Shown here: piece by piece, positions 1 to 11,699 of the stretch
Layout: every line of letters begins with the position of its first letter
Position numbering within the stretch: the stretch's first letter is position 1
Origin: Raillietiella orientalis
Taxonomy: Eukaryota
Direction: 5' to 3'
DNA length: 64,000 nucleotides
Assembly (NCBI GenBank): GCA_036172245.1
Contig: JAYWIR010000070.1
Span: forward strand, 186,001-250,000
Made by a program: the position numbers and the translations under genes
The notes under the pieces: generated by a model
What the model saw: the letters and a program-made list of their open reading frames with translations, nothing else
The model's database searches: none
Told to the model about the DNA's origin: nothing

Positions 1-7
1 TCCTTAC

Positions 8-3000
8 GGGGTCAAAGCCCTCGTCGTAGTAGAGGATCATCGGCTCCAGCTGGTGATGCAACCGCGGATAGTCGGTGGCCTCGCGCAAATCCAGACCGGC
101 CCAGAGAGATAAGCAGGACACCTGGGGAGGCGCCCGATGAGTCGATAGGACGAGGAGGAAGCAAGCCTCTCCTCTCACCCAGGCGACCGACGAGATGATG
201 CGCACGCCGCCGGCCGCTCCGGTCACTAAGCGGACGTTCCCAGATCCATCCACGTAGATGCTGGCGGCGGTGGACGACAGGGGCATCCTCCCGGGATGGA
301 TGTAGTTTGCCTGGGAGGGAGGCAGGTCGAAGTAGTTGGCGCTGCCCTCGATGGAGAAGTCATCCATCTCGTCGTTCAGCACGATCCCCGTCGACTGCGA
401 CCACTCCCCCGAGCCGAAGCTGGATAGGGGCAATGGCTGGAAAGGAGCACGAAGACCCCCCGCCTCACTAGAGGTTGATCGTGCTCGTCATAGAGACCGC
501 GTCTCCGTTAGGCGCGACGACTGAGAGGTGAGACGTGCCGCTGTCATTGGGAGCTTTGGAGGAGACGACTCCGTAGTCGCTCGGATCCGTGGACGTGCGC
601 TCCTTGTCAAGGTTCTGCAGGATCCTCGCGACATTCTCGTCTGAGATGATGCTGGACTCGATCTGCAGCGAAAAGGGTCTAACTGCTAGAGGCGCTGTCG
701 GGAGAAGGCACGACCCTACGTGCTTCACTCCGGGAAAGTCTCCCAGATCGAGGCGCCTGGCGTACGCGTACTTCATGCTCTCCACGAAGCGCCTCGCGAA
801 CAGCTGGCGGCTAACTGGGTCCTCCTTCCACTGCTTTTCGGTCAACTGGAAGTAGCTCATCAGCTTCATGATTAGGGTGAGGATAGCTCCGCTCGCAGGG
901 CTCGGTGCCGTGAGCAACCTCAGATCACCGTGGAGGTCCTCCTCGATCGCATCGTCCCAACGGGGTCTAAGGAATCACGGGATTCAAGAGGTGGGGAAGC
1001 AAAGGAGGAAGGGAAGAAGAAAGGGGAAGGAATGGAGCAAGAGGAAGGGAGGAAGGAAGGGAGGAGCGAGGAGGAAAGGTAGAAGAGGAGGAGGAAGAGA
1101 AAGGAGGCATATACGCACTTGTAGCTCCTTAGGTCCTCGGCCGTGATGATGCCTCCTATATCCTGGATGTCCCGGAGAAATCCTTCGCTGAGGCGTCCCT
1201 CGTAGAGCGCCTTGGCTCCATCTGCGGCCACGATCTCCAACGTCTGGCAGTAGACTCTGGGCGTGAATGTGCTCCCAAGGGTAAGGTTGGAGAGGAAGTT
1301 CCTGGTGATGGTGGCAGCAACGAAGGTCTTCCTCGTGCCAGATCGGAGCCGACCCGGACTGTCAATACCTCAGACCGTCTCCTAAGCGGTCCTCCTTGTG
1401 AGTGACCTCGATGGCCTTCCACATGTGCTTGTGCACGCGGATCCCTCTCCAGCACAGATCAATCGAGGGCTGCACCAGCTGCGACCAGGGAAGTCTTCCG
1501 TACATCCGGTGAGCTTCCTGAAGACCCTTCAGCTCCCCAGGGACGGCTATGGACATCCCGCCTGTGCGGAACGCGGCGTCAGAGAGGGCAGAGAAGAAGG
1601 GTCGCCGAAGAAGCGGGCTGACCTTTCATGGAGGAACTCCCCTCTCTCTTGAACATGTCACGTGTGGCCGCCGCTGGGGCAGTTTCCCTGGCGAAGAGCG
1701 TCCGGGCCTTTCGTTCTTCCTTCAGGTAGACGACCATGATGAATCCACCCCCAAGGCCTTTGCTGTGCATGTTGGCTAGGCTGAGGCAGAAGGACGCTCC
1801 GATAGCGGCGTCCACGGCCGTCCCGTTCCTCAGCAACAGATCTCTGGAGAAAACAGGTTTCCGAGATAGCATCGACAATGCATGACCACCCTAGGCAACG
1901 AGCGCGCCACCGGTGGACCCTTTCCTTTTCTTGAAGGAAGGGTGAGAGAGAACCTTCCACCCTATGTGGGCCTTTAGAGAGCAAGCAGGGGGCGAATGGC
2001 GTTCGAAAGAGCCCCACGAGACACATAAGGCGGAGCGAGCCCGCTTCGACGTAGAGGAGAGGAGTGCGGGGAAGGAGAAAGAATTTGGAGATGAGGTATA
2101 GACACGGGAAGGGCTGGGACAGGAGGCGCGATAAACCGGACAAAGTCCACGTGGTGGCATTGCGGCTGACTTCGTGGAAGTGGGGAGTCACGGAAGGAGG
2201 AGAGTCCTCGTCGCCCTACTTGTGGGATCCTGGACTTGCGGAGGGTCCCCGGAAGTTGGTCGCCTTTTCTTGAGATTCAGGAGAGGAAGAGCGGTCCTAG
2301 GAAAGGAAGACGGGAAAAGAAAGGAGGAAGAAAGGGAAGGAGGCGGAAAAAGGAGAAGAGGATCAGGGAAAGGGGAGGAGGTGCTTTCGCACTTTTCGGA
2401 CACCCGGGGGGGTCTCGGAAACCGCGACGCTTCTGGGAGAACCCCACAGCCATCGGCGGCAAGCGAGGAGCACCGTCCTTCGCGGATGAGTCGAGGGCGA
2501 GGATGAAGGCGAACGGGCGTGGCATCGGAGACCCACCACTCTCCCACCGCAAGCCATCCCGAGAAGGTTGGGTGGAGCTGACTCAGAACGTGGACAGGGT
2601 ACGGAAGAGCTCGCCCTCTCTCCCACTTGGGTCCTGCGCCACAGCAGGACGACGGGAATGAGGAGGAGGGTGTATGTGGCACCCGGAAAGGCGCCTTTGG
2701 CACCGGAGAGATTCGGAATCTTCCTGAAGGATGTTTCCGGGGGGCACCCAGATAACCGGCTTATCCCAGTCTTCCCTCCATCCTTCTTCTCCTCCAGAGA
2801 TCTCTCCCTAAACGAGAAAGGATCCTTCGGGTCCTCCCTTTCCCTGGTCCACCCCTACGCCCTTCCATTCTTGCCTCCCGGAAGCGTGGAGATGGGGACC
2901 TGCAGATAGGTGGAGAGGGGAGGAGCCGAGACAGCCAGGGTGATGTGTGGACGACGGGACCCAGTGGGGGAGCATCCTCCTCCTTCGACCTGCCCTCTCT

Positions 3001-3674
3001 GAGGCTCCGCCTGGTCCTGCTTAAAGGAGAGGGGGGGCGTTCGGGAAGGAAATCCCCAAGCTGATAGTCTCTTCTCTCAGTCTAAGAATGGAGCAGCTCC
3101 GCAGGAGAGTCCCGAAGAATAAGGCAGGCGGGGGGGGGGGAGGGGGTGCGCCTGTTGCTTGCTCTTCTCCATTCCCGATGATGATGAGTAAGGTGGGCAG
3201 GAGGTGCTGCCAGGATCTGGCTATGGCAGCAGCAGCCTTGGGTCGTGGGTCAGTCGCAGCGGCAGTGGCTCCAGCCTCGCCGAGGCTGACTCCCTGCCGA
3301 GGAGGCTCTCCAGCCATCCCACCCCCTGCGGCACACGACCTACGGGAGCTCCACATCTCCGTCTGCCTCAAAAAATAGAAAAAGCAGCGTGCTCTGCCCC
3401 TGCTGGGCCGCTTCTTCTCCCCCTTTCTCCTTCTTCCATCTCCACCGCCACCCTCACCTTCCGATCTCGGCGCATTGCTCTCCGTCCGCAGAGATCGCGG
3501 CGACCTCGTAGATCCCTGCCAAGGACGGGGGATGCACCCTTTCCCAAGACAACTGCTCATTCCATCTTCCGGAAATGCCCAATGATATGCACATGATCGT
3601 CACGACCACGACACCCATGATGACCGTGACGAGGATGGTCTTCTTCTTCTTGGATAACGCCCTGGAAGAGGAGT
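8..3674 (-). CDS. Ggt1: Gamma-glutamyl transpeptidase (glutathione hydrolase), multi-exon; first exon not located, 3' end runs off the window start
   Basis: GT-AG exons read as 3674-3458, 1843-1623, 1561-1369, 1301-1119, 966-720, 662-469, 419-179 and 121-8. They encode an N-terminal TM anchor, GTAVDAAI, GLGGG, ARETAP, IAVPGELKG, catalytic Thr in GTSHLSVV, TSTINL, NDEMDDFS, PLSS, GAAGG and PRLHHQL. Confidence 0.95.
2350..3100 (+). mobile_element. Degenerate L1/Tx1-type reverse transcriptase fragment inside the long GGT intron
   Basis: Frameshifted pieces resemble RT motifs in the right order (RKPSREG ~ KSPGxDG; HPDNRL ~ LxNRL; GTQWGSILL ~ GxRQGxPLS). Confidence 0.45.
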
Positions 3675-6429
3675 CTGGAGAGAAGGGCGAGAGGGAAGGC
3701 AAAGGAGGAGCGACCAAAGCAGGCTCTGAGTTTCAGTAGTTTCCCCCTCCTTTTCTCCCTCGATGTTCGTGGCAACAGCGGAGGCGCGGTAGCTTTTCGA
3801 GACGCCTGGAGGAGGGTGAGAGGGAGAGGGGGATGAGCCGCGCCCGGAGGCGCACCTGCGTCCCCTCCTCACTCCTCGTGGCGATGCGGATCGACTGCTC
3901 CCAGGGGACGTGACCCTGACTGCGACCTGCACCCTTCATCCCTCCCGCTTCCTCCCTGAACACCCGCACACGGAGATGAGACGAAGCGGGTGTCGGGCTC
4001 TCTCAGGGGAGCTGGTTGTCCTGCTGCCCGAATTGTCCCCGAGTCTGTATCCCGTCGCCCGATCTTCTCTGCGCTTGCATGCTAGCGGCCCTGACCCGAA
4101 GCTCCGTGGCCTCCGCATACCTGGAAGTTTCGGGAAGAGGGAGTGCCGTGGTTCAGCAACGCTTCCATCACAGGACCGTAGCCACTCTGCTGTGGCGCAG
4201 CTGGCGGTTCCTGCTGCACGAGAATGCTGAGACAGGGAAGAAAGCCCATTGGTGTGAGTCTGCCGTAGTGCGTTTCCAGGGAGTGAATAGGGCACGAGGG
4301 AGGGCGGTATCTCAGAGCGCGCGCGTGTCTACTCAGGGATGCCACCGCACTGCCTCCGAGACTTGGGGCAGTAACCACGGCAACCTGCCCCAGCAGCAGG
4401 AGCTTCCTCCTTCTTCCCAGGGACTGCGAACCGGCCCACCACGCATTCCCGTGATGAGGGGAGGGAGAGTGTGCTCTCGCGGTCCGAAGTTCCTCACGCA
4501 AGAGGACGGAGGGGTGGTGAAAGGCGCTCCTTCGTGAGGCGCACTGCCCGCAAGGCCGTTGCGAGCACTTCCCAGGTGCGGGAGGGCTGGAGGAACCCCT
4601 GCGTCCGCAGGGACAGCTTCACGAGGCAAATGAAAACGGATCCCGCTCTCGGATTCGGGGTGCCATGGGAATGCGAACGCACGGAGGTCGATGTGCGTCC
4701 GCGAAAGCACCAGGTGTAGACTGAGGCAACACTGAGCCCCCGGGCTCTCGGAAAATTCCAGGAGGAAGACATGGGGGCGGTGGAGCAGATGCGAGCCTCT
4801 CCTCCCCCTGGAACGCCGTCTTCGTCCGATCGAGAGAGGGGGGAAGCCGCGGACATCCCGTTGAGGCGCTGCGCGGCGGCGATTCGGCGTCACGCGCATG
4901 CGCGCGGCCTGTGCCGCAGCGGTCTCTCGAGGCGCGTGCGCGGCCCGTCACGAGCGGAGGGTTGGGCGCGTATAGTCCTTGTGACCAGGGAGAGAACAAG
5001 CAACCGGAGGGCGGAGCAACAAGGTGCAACAACAAAAAGAACAAGAACAAAACAACAGCAAGGCTTACATGGGGTGGTGGCCGTCGTCTGCCGTTGCCTC
5101 GGTGTGGCTGCCGTGGGAGCTAGTGAGGAGTCAAAGCCCGGCGGTGATGCCCAGCGGCAGCTCGGAGACTTTCGCTGAGATCTGCGAGGACCTGCTCGTG
5201 GCCGCTCTCCGGCTGCAGAGCCGAAGCCGCTGCACTTCCGGTAGGTCCCTTGCTCGCACGCTTCGCGAGCAGCAGCGCCACCCTTCCTTCCTTCCCTCTA
5301 CCGCACGCGCGCGCGCGTGCTTTTAGGCCCGAGGAGGAGGAGGAGGAGGAGAAAGAGGAAGTGGAAAGGGAGCCAGGTGTGCCTCGCGGTTGGGTCCACG
5401 AGTCCCGGATAACCGCGACCCGCAGGGCTTTACGCGCGCGAACGGTGTGAAGCCGTGGATGCACGGTGGAGAGCGGTGCAGAGGCGAGCCGCAAAGGCGC
5501 TGCCGTCGATGCCGCGCTTCGGCGATGGAGAATGAAGCTGTAGACGAGCCATCCCATAGATGACGTGGCGGCGTCACTGTGCTCATGAGAAGAGACGGCA
5601 GACACGTCAGGTATTGAGAGCGTCCTCATGGGAGGTCGCCGCTCTGTCCACCGGCTGCTTGCCCACTGGCTCATCTGACCCGAGCAAGCGGAGAGAGTTT
5701 TGTTTTTTGCTGCTGCTGTTTCCTTTAAGAAAAGGAAAAAACATCAGCACATCTTTCGAGACATCATGCGAAAGCGCGCTTTCGGTGTATGCACGTTGCA
5801 GCACTCCTGATGGCCGGAGAGCCGTTGCCAAGAACTTCTGGTTTCGCGCGATATGCAGCACGGAGTCGCGTCGACCCCCTGGGAGTTCCCGGGATGGCGT
5901 GCTAGGTGCGTGAGCTGGTTCATACCAGGGCGTCCCGCTTAGGGAAGAAGAATCCTCTTGGGGTTCCGCCTCTCGCAATCTTGGAAACGGGAGGCGTTAT
6001 GAAGCCTCATCCACTCGAGTCCAAGTGCTTTATCGGGGTCGCGAAGGGAGGCCAATCCAAAGGCTGCCGGTTGTTGGCACGCGGAAGGATCTTGGCTTCG
6101 ACCCCTCTTCCCCTGCAGGTGATGCGCTCATTGATTCGGGGAGTGAGGGAAGGGCGTGAAGGACTTGCTGCCTGCTCGGGCAGTTTCCACTTACTCCACC
6201 TCTTACATTTGCCCCACCCAGTGCGTGGAGTACGTCGGCCCCCCTTGTTCCATGCTCTGGGTCCAGAGGGTGCTGTACCAGAAAAAAGAGAGGCAGAAGA
6301 GAAACAGAGGGGGTGCCGGGGAACCCTGGAAACCCTTCTTTCTGCCTTCTTGCGAATCCGCCCGTCCTCGCTCGGGGAGGAAGGCAGTAGGGGACCGCGG
6401 AGAAGAATCTATTTCTTACCTATAGATGT

Positions 6430-6916
6430 ATTTCTTGTAAGGATGTTGCAGCACTTAGGAACATGAGGTTAGCTTTTCTTGTCGGCCATCACTCAGAAGA
6501 TTTGATGGTACCTGGAAAAATCGATATGACCTACTTATCTCCGTGCTTGCCTGAGCTCAGTCCTGATGAGAGCCTGAGGTCGTAACCATTGACAATGTGG
6601 GATTCGCTGCGGTTCTTCGTATCCTTGGAAGTCCCTCGGATGTATGTGGAGGAGGCTTCTGATGGTCTCACATTGCATCCGCTGCACTCGCGATGTGTAC
6701 TGGACTTGCCGACTTGCTCATCCTCCTGACGAAGCCGATGTTCCACTGGAGGGGAAACCTGTGGATGTGGATGGGGGGGACCAGGCCTCCTGAGAAGGTG
6801 ATGACGGACGTCCTTAGCTAATTCGACCTTATACATCTAATGAGAACGAAGATTGTGGGAGGTTGAAGAACGTGAAGAGTTCGCTCCCTTATATTCCGTT
6901 TTTAATTAAAAATAAA
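6430..6916 (+). mobile_element. 3' remnant of a Utopia/NeSL-type (RLE) non-LTR retrotransposon
   Basis: Translates to MWDSL..VLRILG..RRLLMVSHCIRCTRDVY, like the RLE C-terminus also seen at 34.1 and 40.8 kb. Ends in AATAAA at 6911-6916, directly followed by U2-like sequence. Confidence 0.7.
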
Positions 6917-6952
6917 TCTGTTCCTATCGGCTTACAATTTGATACTCCACCT
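6917..6952 (+). ncRNA. U2 snRNA fragment (starts at the Utopia/Keno target position; not a full gene)
   Basis: TCTGTTCCTATCGGCTTACAATTTGATAC vs U2 TCTGTTCTTATCAGYTTAATATCTGATAC. The following CCACCT is shared with the 40.6-kb fragment. Confidence 0.7.
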
Positions 6953-6964
6953 TCCTGACTGACG

Positions 6965-7620
6965 ATGGAAATCCTTGGGTTCTTTTTCTTCTGTCTTCGC
7001 TGTTTTCCTTCCAGCTTTTTTTTTTAAGTTTTCTTTTTTTTGGTTCGCTAAGTACCTCAAGCCGGTCGCGTGCCTCGCGGCGCACGTGGCTCTTTTTAAA
7101 CATTAACACACTGTTTTGTTTCCACGCCCCTCCGCCCGCGACAACCCGCAGGGGGGGGCGTGTAATTCTTCAGTGTAATATTCTTCAGGATAGGGGGCAT
7201 GGGGTCCGCCCTATTGAATCCAGGAAGGGCTCGGAGTCCGTTCCTCTCACGCTTGGGGAGGGATCCCCCCGGACGGGGGGGATCGCACCTCTCACCCTGG
7301 TTGTCTCCGAAGGGGAACCCTGAAGGGAATCTCTCCTTCCTTATTCTCTCCAGAGGGACACCCCCTGCAATGGGGGGTGGTCCTCTCCATTTCAACTTCT
7401 CCGAAAGGGAGCCCGTAAAGGATCCGCTTCTAGGAATTCCTTCTCCGGAGAAAACCCGCAAGGGAAGCGCTCCTTTATTCACTCCTCTGAAGAGAACCCC
7501 GAAGGGACGCTTCCGAAACTCAGAAGGGGCGCTGCAGCTTCCCACAGGGAATCGCTCTCGCTTGCTTCTTTCCTTTGTACACACTCTGTGAAGAGGCGAC
7601 GACTCAGAGGGACCTCCCAA
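6965..7620 (-). mobile_element. Body and A-rich tail of the tRNA-headed SINE family (head missing)
   Basis: Colinear with 19780-20260, 32810-33200, 36130-36370 and 42595-43050. The tail GAGGTACTTRGCGA plus A-rich tract matches 42960-43050. Confidence 0.75.
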
Positions 7621-7622
7621 CA

Positions 7623-7668
7623 TTCTTCCAAGTATATAATGTACTTGTACATTATATACTTGGAAGAA
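7623..7668. repeat. Perfect palindrome, 22-bp arms with 2-nt spacer
   Basis: TTCTTCCAAGTATATAATGTAC-TT-GTACATTATATACTTGGAAGAA. Confidence 0.97.
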
Positions 7669-7695
7669 ATAAGGAATAAGGAAATACTTGGAAGA

Positions 7696-7722
7696 ATATT
7701 AAACTGTATCGGTAAGAACAGA
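7696..7722 (-). ncRNA. Probable U2 snRNA fragment (decayed)
   Basis: Minus strand reads TCTGTTCTTA-ccgata-CAGTTTAATAT vs U2 TCTGTTCTTATCAGTTTAATAT. Confidence 0.5.
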
Positions 7723-8269
7723 TGTGATTTGACCAAAGACTTCACATACAAAAGCGACATTTTGAGCAAAGAAATCTACGACATAGTTGGCTCTTCTTGA
7801 GGATGCTTTGTGGAATTTCATCCCCTCTCTTTCCCGTATCTTTAAAGAATTAAACAGCTCTTTTTTTTTAACTGCTAATAGTAAAGACTGGTTTTTGAAA
7901 AGATGCTGGTCCCGGCTTAGAGGATGGAGGAAAAGAGTAGCAATCGTACCTCCTCTGATAGTGATGCTGGAAAGCTGTTTGGTGTTGCTGACAGCAGGAA
8001 AACCATCCTGCTCAGGATTGTCCGCGTTTTTCAGAAGTAGGCTAAGTTTCCCTACGATTCCAGAACTGAAATCGCCTAGAGGTTTTGTCTAATCGCTCGA
8101 AATTTTGGTTTCTTCACCGTGAACCACGGCTTTATATCTTTTGAGCTCAACCTCAAGCCCTTGCATGCTTTGCTATTTAAGTTATTTAGCATTTTTGTGA
8201 GGATTACGGTGTTATTGTGCAGAAGTTGCCATCATTTTTCATTCATAGGCTGAACTTCTTGTGAAAGGT

Positions 8270-8680
8270 ATCACGTCACTATCTTAAAGGACGTTGGTCT
8301 GGATTTCTATAATCATAATATTGATACATCCGAATAACATTTGGACATTTTGAATATTTGAGATCTCTTAGGCACATTTCAGTACGTACATGCATCTGAA
8401 GTTGATGTCTGCTGTGGTGATCTTGACTCAGGAGAAACGAATGAAGGTCGGTTGAAAAGGTTGTCTCTTGCTAATTTGGACGAAGCAGTTAGTATGCTGA
8501 TGAGAATGCCTGGAGCTCCTGAAACGTTGGCCCATTTGATGTCCTACATACGATGATTGTAATTGCTAGAATTCTGATGTCAAATTCCCAAGTACATTGC
8601 ACGAGAGAAGATGTCAGGTGAATTGCAAGCACTGAGTTTGCTCGCTGGTGCTCAGTTCAACTCAGTTCTTTACGGAAGAG
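8270..8680 (+). pseudogene. bioB: Bacterial biotin synthase remnant (C-terminal half), endosymbiont-derived
   Basis: LKDVGLDFYNHNIDTSE*, VCCG...GETNEGRLKRLSLANL...MLMRMPGAP, IARILM and REKMSGELQALSLLAGA..NSVLYG are colinear with BioB. Contains stops and frameshifts, no introns. Confidence 0.9.
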
Positions 8681-8878
8681 AAGAATGATTTTCATCATTT
8701 TTGGAACGCCGTAGGCACATGAACCCTCTAATTTCCTATTCCAAATATTGGGATTACACAAACTGCAAGTAGGATATTCAAAAAATCCTGAACGAGACCA
8801 ACCTACCCAGATGGCATTGGGATGACGGAGCATGTTTTGAAGATAAAGTACTTTATATTTTTGGTGAAAGGCGGTCCA

Positions 8879-9355
8879 GTGGCGTTCAAACTGCAACCTT
8901 CTATGCTTCCAGCAGACTTTGAAAAATCAGAAGATGAAGCGAAGAAAATTAGCATCTGTGTGAATTATGTGCACGCAGACATCATGGATTAGAATTTTGT
9001 TCCAAACATTACAATTAGTCCGGGTGTTGTCTCTGCAATACATAACTACAGCTATCTTCCTTCTGATGCCAGGAGATTTAATCGTCAAATGTGCTTCATT
9101 ATCAAATCTCCTGGTGAGCACATTGAAAGCCTTATAAGTGCTGGTGTTCGTATTATTACTATGCATCCTGAAGCACACCTTGAGAAACTGACAGGAAGGA
9201 TACGTTGCTGCAAAAGCGGCGCCGGTAGTAACAAAAAAAAAAAATTCAAGTTGGCATTTCAGTCGCTGCTTTGAACCCTCCAATTAGATATTGCTCTCTT
9301 TATGATTGTGAACCCTGGTTTTAAAGGTCATGGATTTATTCACTTCCATTAATTC
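8879..9355 (+). pseudogene. rpe: Ribulose-phosphate 3-epimerase remnant, Wolbachia-like
   Basis: SMLPADF, YVHADIMD*NFVPNITISPGVVSAI, IKSPGEHIESLISAG..IITMHPEAHLEKL, KKIQVGIS and LDIALFMIVNPGFKG. The insert before IQVG resembles Wolbachia Rpe as recalled. Confidence 0.9.
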
Positions 9356-9644
9356 AACTAAACTTGAATGCTATTCCATTCTTTGTGGATAATCTGCCTC
9401 TGTTCCAGAGTTCTTGCACATTCGATTTTTCCAAAGCACTCAATCATGGTGTTCCACGTTGAAAGTTGCTCAGTTTGATAGTCGGGTTCTGCATTGATGG
9501 TGTTTTCCTGCAAGTTAGCCATGATAACCGTCTTAACAGCAATTTTTTCGCCATGGAGTGAGGAATGATCTTTTGTTACCATCTCCATTGAGTGAGCTAT
9601 CGTATGCTCTCCTCGGCTATCATATGCTCCTTCTCCTCAAATAG

Positions 9645-9806
9645 CTTCCCTCCCTCCGCATTTCCCCCATTCCCCTCCGCTGCCCAGGGGTGTCGAGCCG
9701 GTCTGCGTACCGCTTCCCGGCAGGCCACATGAACTATTGGCCGTAGCGGGGCCTAGTACCGCAAATATACTGTGTTTAGAAATAAACGTCCCGGCGTGAC
9801 CGGGTG
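9645..9806 (+). mobile_element. Solo 3' UTR/terminus of the L1/Tx1 family
   Basis: CTGCC..GGTCTGCGTACC..GGCAG stem-loop, then AATAAACGTCCCGGCGTGACCGGGTG. Confidence 0.75.
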
Positions 9807-10860
9807 GGAACTCCCCTGCTTCCAGTGGAAGCGGCGTGCGTTGCAGGGAAAACCCCAATGCAACAGCAGCAGTGCCGACTCTTGCCACTTCAGGGGGAGA
9901 ATCCTGGAACCTTGCAACGGTGGGGGACACTTCAGGTCATCCGTCGGGATGCCGATCAGCTCGCCCCATCTCATCAGTCCACGCGGAAGGGCACTCGGGG
10001 TCGTGGTATCCGCCAGCACTCCCATGGTCCAGCCGCTTAACTTCTCCCTGCCTGCGATCCGACAGGAGACTTGCCACCTCGACATCCGGACGCTGACGAA
10101 AGCCCTCCGTAGGAAGGACAGCGCCATAGCTAAAGGGGTGGTCTCTGTCCACATCCTCCTGGCGGGACACTCCAGAATGGTCCGCAGGGTGCAGAGGGCG
10201 TGGGGGCCGAATCGCAGGCAGTTCCAGCTGTCACTTCTCGGGGCATTCAACTTTGCCCACGTTCCAACAGATTCCTCCAGCCATGTGGAGGAATTGGCGG
10301 GGCTGCATACTATCCAGGCGTTCTCCTTGACCAGTGTTTCCAAGGAGAAGGCCGCATCTTCTGACCTTCCGGCCGCGGCACAGAAGACGCGAGTCCTTGC
10401 GTCCTGGAGACACGGCTGGCGAGGAGGCGGGCCGGAATGCACCAAGGGATGCTCCATAACTTCGCTGCGATGGCCATGGTGCGCCATCGCAGCTGTACTT
10501 CCATCCGCTCCAGCGTCAGGAGACCAAGGCCACCGTCTCGAAGCGGAGCGCACAAGTCTTTCAGAGGCACACGGGGCCTCCCGTTTCCCCACAGGGCGAT
10601 GCGGAGTATGTCCTTAGTCCTCTTCTTCAACTGAAGGGGGGGGGGGACGGGGCACACAAAAAGCAAGGGGCGGATGATGGGAGCCGCGAACGCGTTCCGC
10701 ACCGCGGTCCGTTCCGGCAGGAGGAACTTGCCTTCCAGGAGCGGGATAATCGCCAGCTCTACCTTTTGGAGACGACCTGACCAGGCTTCTGCGAGGAAGA
10801 AGTCCCCCAACGGGACGCCCGTCCGAAGGTGGAGGAGAGGGGCACACCGAGCAGGCTGCA
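9807..10860 (-). mobile_element. L1/Tx1 ORF2 segment (post-RT to zinc-knuckle region), inverted relative to the adjacent 3' end
   Basis: LWGNGRPRVPLKDLCAPLRDGGLGLL and ILPLKWQESALLLLHWGFPCN; homologous to 16.0-16.7 kb and 17.8-18.4 kb. Confidence 0.8.
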
Positions 10861-11055
10861 GGCTGTTCCTTCCCGTGCCCCCCAGAGTTTTTTTTTTATT
10901 ATTCATTTTTATTTTTGTTTGCCCCTTCCCCTCCGCTGCCGAGGCGAACCCCACCTCTGTCGGTTACTCGGCAGGTGCCGAACATTTTCGGATAATGTAG
11001 GGCCAATGGTCCTACAGATGTATGTTTATTATTTTTATAATAAACGTCCTGGAGG
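10861..11055 (+). mobile_element. L1/Tx1 3' UTR/terminus
   Basis: T-rich tract, CTGCCGAG...CTCGGCAG stem, and AATAAACGTCCTGG at 11039. Confidence 0.75.
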
Positions 11056-11699
11056 ATAAACCTAGCAGGCTGCTCCACCGAAGGAATGTCTTCGCCCGGA
11101 CATTCTTCGTAAGTCGCGTCTCCCCCCTAGCTGATTGAGCGGAAGAGAAAGGCCCTTTCTACCCGGTCATGCGCCAGCAGGCAGTGTCCCAGGAATGCCC
11201 CACTGTGGGAAAGTGGAGAAAGAAAACAAAAAAAAAAAACGCATATACTGCTACAATGCGGGAGGCTGAGTCAGGGATGAGAGCGCAGCGCTGAGGCGCT
11301 TCGGTTCCATGATGCCGGCTCCAGAAGACCTTTTTAGAGAGACCGCTCACCTCTCCATGTCCGCAGGTCTCCTCGTTACTGACGACGCTGTGCCACGTAC
11401 GAGCAATGGTGACTGCTGAACCGGAGGAAGAAGGACATGGCCGACCTCCCGGAGAGCCATCCGACAAGCTTCGTCGCCTACATGTGAAAAGCGACAAAAT
11501 GGTCCAGTCTGGAAAGTGGAGCATGAGAGAGCCTTAGAAATCCTGTGAGCAGACTGACCTGAAGCTGGTGAGGGTATTCCCCTCATCCGTTGCGCCCCTG
11601 CCCGCCGCAGGCTCTCTGGAAGTAAATGAAATGCCGAGAGGCCGGCCCATTACATTCCCTACTTATTTATGTACTCTTCCCCCCCACATCTTTCTCCAT

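Noticed and set aside
3720..5900. Many overlapping ORFs upstream of GGT
   Set aside because: CpG/GC-rich sequence with simple repeats and no recognisable protein; probably the 5' region of GGT, but no exon could be fixed.
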